This document shows positions 17,958 to 25,967 of a stretch of DNA of 45,797 nt, piece after piece. The stretch comes from Candidatus Pacearchaeota archaeon RBG_13_36_9 (GTDB lineage Archaea > Nanobdellota > Nanobdellia > Pacearchaeales > GW2011-AR1). The position numbers were made by a program, and so were the translations under genes. Numbering within the stretch: position 1 is the stretch's first letter; each line of letters begins with the position of its first letter. The DNA lies in assembly GCA_001786395.1 (NCBI GenBank), contig MFWN01000024.1:27697-73493 (forward strand), given 5' to 3'. The notes beneath the pieces were generated by a model. That model was not told where the DNA came from and searched no databases. It was given only the letters and a program-made list of their open reading frames with translations.

Positions 17958-18438
17958 CTTCCTCTTTTTCTACTTTATCAAAAAAATTGAATATTTTATT
18001 TAATAGCTCTTCGCCTTTTGTTGAAGGGCTGAAAGCTATAACTCTGGCATTATTCTCGGAAGCGTAATCTGCAATTTCTTTTACAAAAGCAGCTACTTTA
18101 TTTTCATCATTGTATATTAAAAGAGTGGAAAGTGCATCAATTATTAAGAATTTTTCCCCTTTTATCTCTTTTATAAAACTAGATATTGCGTAACTTAATT
18201 TTTCTAAATCCCTTGGAGAAATGTGAAGAACCTCCTCCTTTTGCTTTTCAGAAGTTACACAGTCTATAAAAAATATTTTTTCAGTTTTTATCTTATTTTT
18301 CTTTAGTGTTTCTTCTATGCTTTTTTGGGTTTTATTTAAAGAAACGTAAATGCCTGTGCAGTTTTGCATAGAACTTACTATCTTGTTTATTTTTTTCTGC
18401 AGTTTTTCTACAGGAGTTATTATTAGTAATGAAGACAT
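17917..18438 (-). CDS. P-loop-less KaiC/RecA-fold protein (DUF835 / inactivated KaiC-like)
   Basis: 'GIYVSLNKT', 'FFIDCVT', Walker-B-like 'FLIIDALSTLLIYN', 'FFDKV'. No GxxGxGKT. Confidence 0.75.
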   Translation of the reverse strand: MSSLLIITPVEKLQKKINKIVSSMQNCTGIYVSLNKTQKSIEETLKKNKIKTEKIFFIDCVTSEKQKEEVLHISPRDLEKLSYAISSFIKEIKGEKFLIIDALSTLLIYNDENKVAAFVKEIADYASENNARVIAFSPSTKGEELLNKIFNFFDKVEKEEDEIKTRKKQDLIY

Positions 18439-18469
18439 TTTATAAGAGTATATTTGAGAGTATATAAAT

Positions 18470-18829
18470 TTACTTTAAAATTTTTTTAACTCTTTCTACC
18501 AAATCTTTTTTTGTAAAAGGCTTTGTTATGTAATCTGAAATTCCCACTTTCTTAAACTCTTTCATTCGTTCGGTAGATATTGGAATAACGCTAAGAAAAG
18601 CATATTTAGAATCATATTTTTTGCTGCTTAATGTCTTAAAAATATCCCATCCAGACATGTCAGGCAACATTACGTCCAATAAAACAAGGTCAAATTGCTT
18701 CTTGTGTGTTTTTTCAAGCCCGTCTGCTCCACAAAAACTTATCTCTACTTCATAGCCTGCATCCTCCAGCATCTGCTTTACTGCTTCTGCAGTATCTCTA
18801 TGGTCTTCTACATAAAGTATTTTTTTCAT
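18470..18829 (-). CDS. Stand-alone response regulator receiver (REC)
   Basis: 'KILYVEDH', 'LLDVMLPDMSGWD', 'YITKPF'. 4-nt overlap with the kinase gene. Confidence 0.95.
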   Translation of the reverse strand: MKKILYVEDHRDTAEAVKQMLEDAGYEVEISFCGADGLEKTHKKQFDLVLLDVMLPDMSGWDIFKTLSSKKYDSKYAFLSVIPISTERMKEFKKVGISDYITKPFTKKDLVERVKKILK

Positions 18830-20625
18830 TTTTTAACCTCCTCTTTATATCTGATTGGCAATGTGAAATAAAAAGTAGAGCCTTTTCCTAATTCACTCTT
18901 TAAGTTTATTTTTCCTCCTAATAATTCAACCAGCTGTTTAGTTATTGCAAGCCCTAAGCCAGTTCCTCCAACTTCGCTTTTTAAAGGAGTATAAATCTGA
19001 TAAAATTTCTCAAAAAGTTTAGATATTTTATCTTCTGGAATCCCGATGCCTGTATCCGTAACCTCCACTAAAACACTGTCATCCTGCTTTATTGCTTTTA
19101 TTTTGACATAGCCTTCTTCTGTGAACTTAATGGCATTATCAATTAAATTATTCAGTATTTCTGTTAATCTTATACTATCTGTGCTCATGTTTATTGGCTT
19201 GTCTATCTCAACGATTAATTTTATATTTTTCTTATCTGACAATATCTTCAAGTCATTTACAATAGAGCTAATGCAATTTTCTAAATCTATTTTAGAAATA
19301 TTCAATTCAAATTTATTGGATTGAATTCTTGCAATCTCCAAGATATTATCTACTAGAAACCTTAATTGATTGCTGTTTCTTCTTAATGCGTTTAGATTAT
19401 TAATATTCTTTTCAGAAAGTTTCGTCTTTATTTCTTCCAATAATTCCAGGTTTGCATATATTGCTGTCAGGGGAGTTTTCAATTCATGGGATACTATATT
19501 CATAAAATCTGTCTTGGCTATATCTAGCTCTTTTAATTGTTCTACTTGCTTTTTTATTTTTTCTTCTGCCTCTTTTCTTTGTGTGATATCGTGATATACA
19601 ACATAAACACCAGTTTGTTTTTTAGATTCATCGTAGACTGAACCATATGAAGCAGAAATCCATTTTGTTTCTTTATTTTTTGTAAGGATTCTAAACTCAC
19701 TAGTCGAAGTTTTTAAATCCCTCTTTGAAATACATTCGTTCCATTTAGCCGTTATCTTCTTATTATCATCAGGATTTATATAAATCATGAGTCGATTATC
19801 ATTTGGCTTAAAGTCCATAATCTCAGACAGGGTGTATCCTGTAAGTCTTTCAATGGCAGAATTAGCGTAAACCAGATGATGAGCCATATCATAAGATAAA
19901 AGCACATCAGATATATTATCAGCAATCATTTTAAGTTTTTCTTCACTCTTTTCCAAATCCTTTTCTGCTCTCTTCTGTGCTGTAATATCTCTAACAGTTG
20001 CCTGCAAATAAATTCTTCCTTCTTCTTCAACTCTGCTTAATAAAACCGTTGCAGGAAAATCTCCGTCTCCATATCTCATATGAGTCCATTCAAAAAAACT
20101 ACTTCCTTCTTTCATTGCTTTTTCAATCATTTTCTTTGCCTTGATTGAAGATAATTGCCCATCTGGCTGCTTTTCAGGAGATAGATCCACTGGTCCTAGA
20201 GAAATAAATTCTTTTTCATCTTTTACATTAAATATTTTAATCGCTGAATCATTTCCAGAAGTAAATTTCCAGTTTGGAGGTTCTAAAGTCATAATTGCAT
20301 CTTTTGAAAAAGTAAATAGCACTTTGTATCTTTCATCTGTTTCTTCCCTTCTTTTTGCTACATGCTCTCTTTTTCCTACTATTTCTTCTCTTCCGGTTGC
20401 TACTGTTTCTCTTTTTCCTACTATTTCTTCTCTTTCTAATGCTATACCTTCTCTGTTCTCTCCTTTTTTTATTCTCTCTCTTTTTCCTACTATTTCTTCT
20501 CTTCCGGTTGCTACATGCTCTCTTTTTCCTACTATTTCTTCCCTTCTTTTTGCTACATGCTCTCTTTTTCCTACTATTTCTTCTCTTCCGGTTGCACTCA
20601 ACTTTTTTCTAATTTTCTCCATCAT
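18826..20625 (-). CDS. Cytoplasmic PAS-PAS histidine kinase with N-terminal tandem-repeat coiled coil
   Basis: H-box 'VSHELKTPL', N-box 'NLIDNAIKFT', 'DTGIGIP', 'GGTGLGLAI'. Two PAS/PAC units end in DIT. Confidence 0.95.
   Translation of the reverse strand: MMEKIRKKLSATGREEIVGKREHVAKRREEIVGKREHVATGREEIVGKRERIKKGENREGIALEREEIVGKRETVATGREEIVGKREHVAKRREETDERYKVLFTFSKDAIMTLEPPNWKFTSGNDSAIKIFNVKDEKEFISLGPVDLSPEKQPDGQLSSIKAKKMIEKAMKEGSSFFEWTHMRYGDGDFPATVLLSRVEEEGRIYLQATVRDITAQKRAEKDLEKSEEKLKMIADNISDVLLSYDMAHHLVYANSAIERLTGYTLSEIMDFKPNDNRLMIYINPDDNKKITAKWNECISKRDLKTSTSEFRILTKNKETKWISASYGSVYDESKKQTGVYVVYHDITQRKEAEEKIKKQVEQLKELDIAKTDFMNIVSHELKTPLTAIYANLELLEEIKTKLSEKNINNLNALRRNSNQLRFLVDNILEIARIQSNKFELNISKIDLENCISSIVNDLKILSDKKNIKLIVEIDKPINMSTDSIRLTEILNNLIDNAIKFTEEGYVKIKAIKQDDSVLVEVTDTGIGIPEDKISKLFEKFYQIYTPLKSEVGGTGLGLAITKQLVELLGGKINLKSELGKGSTFYFTLPIRYKEEVKK
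20341..20596 (-). repeat. Coding 42-nt (14-aa) tandem repeat, (ATG/AKR)REEIVGKREHV
   Basis: 22-nt core ctctttttcctactatttcttc at 20367, 20409, 20478, 20520 and 20562 (spacings 42, 69, 42, 42). Confidence 0.95.
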
Positions 20626-20693
20626 AATCTCCTTTTAAAATTTTGAATCTCAAACCCCCCTTCTTTTATTCAAATAAAAAGCATTTAAGTATT

Positions 20694-20831
20694 TTATTTA
20701 TTATAATCTTCTTCTTTTTTTCCTACGTCCGCGCCAGATATTTTTAATTTGGATGCCGTATCACTATCTGTTGCCTTAGAATTTTTCAATAATAACTTCA
20801 AAGTCTCTTTTTCGCTCTTAGCAAGATTCAT
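20694..20831 (-). pseudogene. Frameshifted, truncated copy of the Lrp/AsnC regulator at 29225-29779
   Basis: MNLAKSEKETLKLLLKNSKATDSDTASKLKISGADVGK vs MNLTKNEKKVLKFLLENARVSDSLIAEKLKISSQAVGK. Similarity shifts frame at an A7 run, then stops. Confidence 0.75.
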
Positions 20832-21057
20832 GCTTCCTCTTTTAGGCTTACTTTATGAATTTAATGTGCATTATTTATTTATATATTTAAGGTTATATGT
20901 CTAAACCTTTTATCTAAATTTAGTTCAAGATTTAAACCTTAAACTTATATTGTTAATAATATTGGAGATAATATCATAAAAAAGGTTATAAACAATCAAG
21001 AAACCTTTTGGTTTCTGGCTGTCAAAATGCCGCATTAAAGTGGTCAAGCATTTCAAC

Positions 21058-21258
21058 ATGAAAGAGGAAAATATAATTAAGATTCTTGAAGGGAAGAATA
21101 TTGGACCCAATATAACCGAGTTAGTCAATCTTTCTAAGTCCTCTCGTTCAGCTGTCAGAACTGCTATTGCAAAATTAGAAGGGGCTAATAAAATTTCTTT
21201 TAGAAATATTGGGCTGGCTAAAGTTTATTTTTTAGATCAAAAAAAGGTGAAGCAATGA
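21058..21258 (+). CDS. Small winged-HTH protein
   Basis: 'NITELVNLSKSSRSAVRTAIAKLEGANKISFRNIGLAKVYFL'. ATGA overlap with the next gene. Confidence 0.8.
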   Translation: MKEENIIKILEGKNIGPNITELVNLSKSSRSAVRTAIAKLEGANKISFRNIGLAKVYFLDQKKVKQ

Positions 21259-23330
21259 AAAAGAAATATTTATTTGCATTATTTTTTAATGTTATCTTAT
21301 TTAGTTTAGATTATGTTTCTGCTGGCTTTGTAGATAATGCTGCAACATATTGGATGCATAATAAATCTGATTCTCAATTTAGTGCTTATCGTCAGTTAAG
21401 AAATGTAAGTACAGAACTTGCAATGATTACCCCTGCTAGTTTAAGTACAAATAATCTTGGAATATTTTGTTGGGGAGATAATTGGACTTCTCCTAATTTT
21501 ACCAGCATCACTTCAGTCAGCGGGATTTGGAATTTCTCCTTGAATTATACTAGGAGTACTACTGGTTCAAGAACCCCTGTTCTTTATTTATTTGCAAGAA
21601 TCTTCAAGTTAAACTCCACTGGAAGATTTGAGATAGCAAATTCAACTCAGTCCGCAAATGTTGGCGGACAAACAACGAATACTGCTGTTTTGTGGGGCTA
21701 TAATCTGACAGATAGTTCTTTAACAAATCTTTCTGTTGGAGAGAGAGCGGGAGTTCAATTTTGTATTAATGTTACAACTGCCCGAAATAGAAACGCAAAT
21801 ATCTACTGGGAAAACTCGACTCGTTCTTTTGTGGTAATCCCCCTCCAGTATTTTGACGCCTCTTCTCCAAATTTAAATATAACTTATCCTCTTAATGCCA
21901 CTTATAATATTAGTGTTTCTTCATTAAATTACACAGTCTCTGATGCAAATTTACAAGCTTGCTGGTATAATTTGAATGGAACAATTAATATAACAATTAC
22001 TTGCGGAACAAATTTGACTGGATTGACTTCAACAGAAGGAAGCAATATTTGGAGAGTTTATGCTAACGATACAGCAGGAAATATAAACTCTGGAAATGTT
22101 TTTTTTACTGTTGACACGACACCTCCGCAATGGAGTAATATTCAGCAGAATATTCCAAGCCTTTATTCTGCTAACCTTTCTTATTTCAACATTGCCTGGA
22201 CAGACAGTGGTGGCATAGGAATTGTTCTTTTTGAAGGCAATTTTTCAGGAGTTCCTGTAAATTATACAATGTATTTAATTTCTGGAAATACTTACGGGTT
22301 TAATGCAACACTTCCTGCCGGAACTTTTTACTGGAAATCCCATGCAAACGACTTCTATGGAAATCTTAATTCAAGCCCAACTCAAATGTTCATAATCAAT
22401 AAAGCAAGCCAGACAGCAACTCTTAATATAAATGAAAGTTCCCCTATAGTTTACGGAACTTGGGTAAATGTGACTTGCAATGGAGAATTATTTAGAAATG
22501 ATGCCGATTTTAGTTCTGAAATAGGACATTCTATTCTATTAAACGCAGGAAATTATAATTATTCATGCAGATTATATGAAAATGAAAACTACTCGTATGA
22601 TGATGACAATTTAACATTTAAGGTTAATCAGGCAGCTGGAGACATTCGCTTATCGCCTCCTCAGCAGAATCTTAGTGGCGGCGGCAGTTGTTTGTACAAT
22701 TGGAGTTGCACAGAATGGAATAAATGCAGTCAGGAAGGAAAACAAACTAGAACTTGCTGGAATCTTGGTACGTGCCCTAATAGGTATAATGCTCCTAAAA
22801 CAGAGCAAAATTGTGCATATCTTGCCTCAGAAAAAGCTTTATTTGATATCGTTTTAACAGTAATAAACCCACAAATAATTCTTGGAGAGAACTTAACTGC
22901 CAAAATTTCTCTGGTCAATTATGGAAATAAAACAAATTTAAATGTCACTTTAAATTACACGATAACTGATTCAAATAATAAAACTATTTTAAGGGAAAAA
23001 GAAATAGTGCCAGTAGAAATCCAAAATGAATTTATTAAGGAATTTGTTTTACCATCTCAAATAGCTCTTGGAGAATATAAATTGTTTGTTGAAATAAATT
23101 ATGAAGGTCAGGAAAAAGAAGCTGTTTCACAAGGTTCATTCAAAATTCTTCCAAAAAAACAAGGATTTTTCCCTTCTCTTATAGGAAAGGCGATTTGGAC
23201 TGACTCCGACAAAAGAAACTATTTGATAACAGGCACTTCACTTTTAGTAATTATTATGATCGTTGTTTATATTTTAATTAAAAAATCTATAAGAGAAAAT
23301 AAACAGAGTATAAAATATAAAAATGGATAA
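21255..23330 (+). CDS. Membrane-anchored surface glycoprotein (Ig-like domains, Cys/Trp TSP1-like motif, membrane-proximal Ig domain, TM)
   Basis: Signal peptide, many sequons, 'CLYNWSCTEWNKC..GKQTRTC', 'LFDIVL...', C-terminal TM and Lys-rich tail. Confidence 0.85.
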   Translation: MKKKYLFALFFNVILFSLDYVSAGFVDNAATYWMHNKSDSQFSAYRQLRNVSTELAMITPASLSTNNLGIFCWGDNWTSPNFTSITSVSGIWNFSLNYTRSTTGSRTPVLYLFARIFKLNSTGRFEIANSTQSANVGGQTTNTAVLWGYNLTDSSLTNLSVGERAGVQFCINVTTARNRNANIYWENSTRSFVVIPLQYFDASSPNLNITYPLNATYNISVSSLNYTVSDANLQACWYNLNGTINITITCGTNLTGLTSTEGSNIWRVYANDTAGNINSGNVFFTVDTTPPQWSNIQQNIPSLYSANLSYFNIAWTDSGGIGIVLFEGNFSGVPVNYTMYLISGNTYGFNATLPAGTFYWKSHANDFYGNLNSSPTQMFIINKASQTATLNINESSPIVYGTWVNVTCNGELFRNDADFSSEIGHSILLNAGNYNYSCRLYENENYSYDDDNLTFKVNQAAGDIRLSPPQQNLSGGGSCLYNWSCTEWNKCSQEGKQTRTCWNLGTCPNRYNAPKTEQNCAYLASEKALFDIVLTVINPQIILGENLTAKISLVNYGNKTNLNVTLNYTITDSNNKTILREKEIVPVEIQNEFIKEFVLPSQIALGEYKLFVEINYEGQEKEAVSQGSFKILPKKQGFFPSLIGKAIWTDSDKRNYLITGTSLLVIIMIVVYILIKKSIRENKQSIKYKNG

Positions 23331-23841
23331 AGCTTTAATATTAGTAAAAAAGTACGAAGATTATCTTAATAGGATATTTGAAATAATAAAGGAGCGTGGA
23401 AAAAAAGCATGCTATGTTACATTTAACAAAACTCCTGATTTTATCTTGGAATCTGCAGCAAAACACAATATCCAAAAAGATAAGCTTTATTTTATTGACG
23501 GTATAACTGCAAGGATTAAAAGTTCTGCTAAAATTAAGAATTCTGTTCAGATAAGCTATTTTGATAATCTTTCAAAGATAAGCAACAACATCAGAAAGAT
23601 AGTAAACAAAGGTTATCCTTTAGTTATTTTTGATTCACTTTCAAACCTCCTCATTTATCCTTCTATAAATGACTCCTCTATTGTTAAATCCCTCAAGGTT
23701 TTATTTGAATCCCTTGATAAAGTGAATGGAGAAGTTGCTTTTGTTTGTTATGAGAAGGATATTGGGAATTATTCATTAGACAAAACATTATCGTTATTCA
23801 ATAAAATTATAAAGCCCTCCAGCGAATTATTTGGAACATAA
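23323..23841 (+). CDS. P-loop-less KaiC/RecA-fold protein (DUF835-like), third divergent paralog
   Basis: 'CYVTFNKT', 'YFIDGIT', 'VIFDSLSNLLIY', 'LFNKII'. Overlaps the upstream stop by 8 nt. Confidence 0.75.
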   Translation: MDKALILVKKYEDYLNRIFEIIKERGKKACYVTFNKTPDFILESAAKHNIQKDKLYFIDGITARIKSSAKIKNSVQISYFDNLSKISNNIRKIVNKGYPLVIFDSLSNLLIYPSINDSSIVKSLKVLFESLDKVNGEVAFVCYEKDIGNYSLDKTLSLFNKIIKPSSELFGT

Positions 23842-24049
23842 AAAAGATTTAAAGATTGAAAATCTTTAACTCATTTCAGTTTTAAACAACTGAAGATTTA
23901 AAAATAAGCAAGACTTAAATAAACAGAGAAAAATACAGAAAACTATAGTTTTCTGTCTGATTAAACCAAAGAAAAGCAAAGCTTTTCTGGTCCCCAAAAA
24001 TCCATAAAAGATTTTTGCGGTTTCAAACAAAACAAACAAAAAATTTGAC

Positions 24050-24406
24050 ATGGGAAAAAAAATAATGATTGTGGATGATGAGCCTGATATAAGGATGCCT
24101 ATAGAAGAGGTTCTTGAAAGAAATGGGTATAAAGTCGTGACTGCAGTTAGTGCTGATGATTGCCTGAAGAAAGTTCAGGCAGGGGAAAGGCCCGACTTAA
24201 TTTTAATGGATATTGTGATGCCTGGAACTCCTGTAAGAAAAATAATTCCAAAACTTGGCAAAATTAAGATAGCTTATTTATCTGTTGTCAGAATTTCTGA
24301 AGCTGAAAGAAAAGATTTAATGAAAAACAAGAATATTGTTGATATTATACAAAAGCCATTTGAGCTTAGCGAATTAATAAAAAGAGTTAAGAAGCTAGCT
24401 GGATAA
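24050..24406 (+). CDS. Stand-alone response regulator receiver (REC)
   Basis: 'IMIVDDE', 'PDLILMDIVMPG', 'YLSV', 'IQKPF'. Confidence 0.93.
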   Translation: MGKKIMIVDDEPDIRMPIEEVLERNGYKVVTAVSADDCLKKVQAGERPDLILMDIVMPGTPVRKIIPKLGKIKIAYLSVVRISEAERKDLMKNKNIVDIIQKPFELSELIKRVKKLAG

Positions 24407-24532
24407 ACTTTTGTTCCGGTTCGTTTGCACTGAGAACTTGTATTTTAGTATCTAAAAAATGTTTTAATTTAATGTAAATTATACCAAAAAATATTTCTTA
24501 CGGGATAGGGGTTCACTTCATATTAGTCTGTA

Positions 24533-25090
24533 TTATTTCTCATAAAGTTTCCTTTTTTCGATTATCTTCCCAACCCGAATCTTTATTTGCAATTTTTCAA
24601 ATAGAACTCTCAGTTTTTTATATGAGAAAATCAAAATTATCAAAACCAATATAAAAACTGCCGCAATAGCAATTAGGTAATACATCCTGTTGTCAATTTG
24701 TTTTTCTACAACATTGAAAGATGTCTCTGCGACAACCTCTTTATCATCACCATAATCTACTTTTGCATTAATTTTGTATTTTCCAGGCTCAGTATCCTCA
24801 GGAATATTAAAAGTCTTTACAAAACTGGCTTGTGTTTGAACAGCCATTGTTTCTTTATTTTCTGCTATTATGCTGTTGTTATCATCACTAATCCAGTAAT
24901 TTAAAGAAATATCCGCTTTCTCGATATTTTCAAGATTAGCTATCTTTATGGTGAACCAAATATCATTTCCTGCCAAGACTTCTTTATAATTGTTATGAAC
25001 ACTTACTTCTAAGTTAGAAGCACCTTGAACAAAAACTATTTCCATTAAAAAAATAAAAGTAACTGTTGAATATAAAAATAGTTTATTCAT
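24533..25090 (-). CDS. Signal peptide + single Ig-like domain + TM anchor (paralog of 17388-17957)
   Basis: 'NLEV...AG.D.WFT.KI.NL...DISLNY.I.D...ETMAVQTQASFV...IPE...GKY', TM, basic tail. Confidence 0.85.
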   Translation of the reverse strand: MNKLFLYSTVTFIFLMEIVFVQGASNLEVSVHNNYKEVLAGNDIWFTIKIANLENIEKADISLNYWISDDNNSIIAENKETMAVQTQASFVKTFNIPEDTEPGKYKINAKVDYGDDKEVVAETSFNVVEKQIDNRMYYLIAIAAVFILVLIILIFSYKKLRVLFEKLQIKIRVGKIIEKRKLYEK

Positions 25091-25091
25091 G

Positions 25092-25571
25092 TTATTTTCC
25101 TTCTACTTTATCAAAGAAATTGAATATTTTATTTAATAATTCTTCTCCTTTTGTTTTCGGACTTAAAGCCACTATCTGCACATCCTTCTCAGAGGCATAT
25201 TCTGTCATTTTTTTAACAAATTTAGCTACGCTGTCTTCATTATTAAAAATTAAGAGGGTTGATAAAGCATCTATAATAAGAAATTTTTCTCCTTTTATCC
25301 CTTCCATAAATGCACCAACAGCAGAATCCAGCAAGTCTAATCTGTCTGGAGCAATATGCAAAACATCATCTCTTGTCTTTTTTGATGTAACACAGTCTAT
25401 GAACAATATTTTTTTAGTGTTTATCTTGTTTTTGGTTAAGCTTTCTTCTATGCTTTTTTGAGTTTTGTTTAAGGAGATATAAATTCCAGTTAACTTTTGT
25501 ACTGTCCTGATTTTTTCAATTATCCTGGCTTGCAGTTTTTCAACAGAAGTTATTATTAAAGTGGAGCTCAT
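25092..25571 (-). CDS. P-loop-less KaiC/RecA-fold protein (DUF835-like), close paralog of 17917-18438
   Basis: Near-identical motifs 'SLNKTQKSIEE', 'IKGEKFLIIDALSTLLI', 'TKGEELLNKIFNFFDKVE'. Confidence 0.75.
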   Translation of the reverse strand: MSSTLIITSVEKLQARIIEKIRTVQKLTGIYISLNKTQKSIEESLTKNKINTKKILFIDCVTSKKTRDDVLHIAPDRLDLLDSAVGAFMEGIKGEKFLIIDALSTLLIFNNEDSVAKFVKKMTEYASEKDVQIVALSPKTKGEELLNKIFNFFDKVEGK

Positions 25572-25605
25572 TTAATATTTCAAATAAATTGTTACTTAAA
25601 TACTT

Positions 25606-25965
25606 TTATCCAATCATCTTTTTTATCTTTTCTATCAAATCTTCTTTTGTAAAAGGCTTTGTTATGTAATCTGAAATTCCTGCTCTTTTTAGTTCTTCCA
25701 TTCTTTCTGATGATACTGGTATTGCGCTTAAAAAGGCGAACTTTGATTTTACTCCTTTTTTGCTTAAATTCGCAAAGATGTCCCAGCCAGACATATCCGG
25801 GAGCATGATATCCAGCAAGATAAGGTCAAAATTCTCCTTTTCAATTATTTTTAGCCCGTCTTTCCCGCAGGAAGCTATTTGAGAGTCGTAGCCTGCAACA
25901 TCTAAAATCATTTTTACAGCTTCTGCAGTGTCTTTATTGTCTTCGATATATAGGATTTTCTTCAT
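25606..25965 (-). CDS. Stand-alone response regulator receiver (REC), close paralog of 16035-16394
   Basis: 'MKKILYIEDNKDTAEAVK...LLDIMLPDMSGWDIFA...KFAFLSAIPVSSER'. Confidence 0.95.
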   Translation of the reverse strand: MKKILYIEDNKDTAEAVKMILDVAGYDSQIASCGKDGLKIIEKENFDLILLDIMLPDMSGWDIFANLSKKGVKSKFAFLSAIPVSSERMEELKRAGISDYITKPFTKEDLIEKIKKMIG

Positions 25966-25967
25966 GT

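Noticed and set aside
20367..20583. Regularly spaced 22-nt direct repeats resembling a CRISPR array
   Set aside because: The spacers are themselves repeated, the period is a multiple of 3 inside a kinase ORF, and there are no cas genes or leader.
20141..20638. Plus-strand ORFs of 165 aa and 85 aa with repetitive or hydrophobic sequence
   Set aside because: Antisense shadows of the purine-rich kinase repeat.
23866..24051. 61-aa minus-strand ORF between the iKaiC and REC genes
   Set aside because: Low-complexity antisense reading of an A-rich intergenic region, with no recognisable motif.
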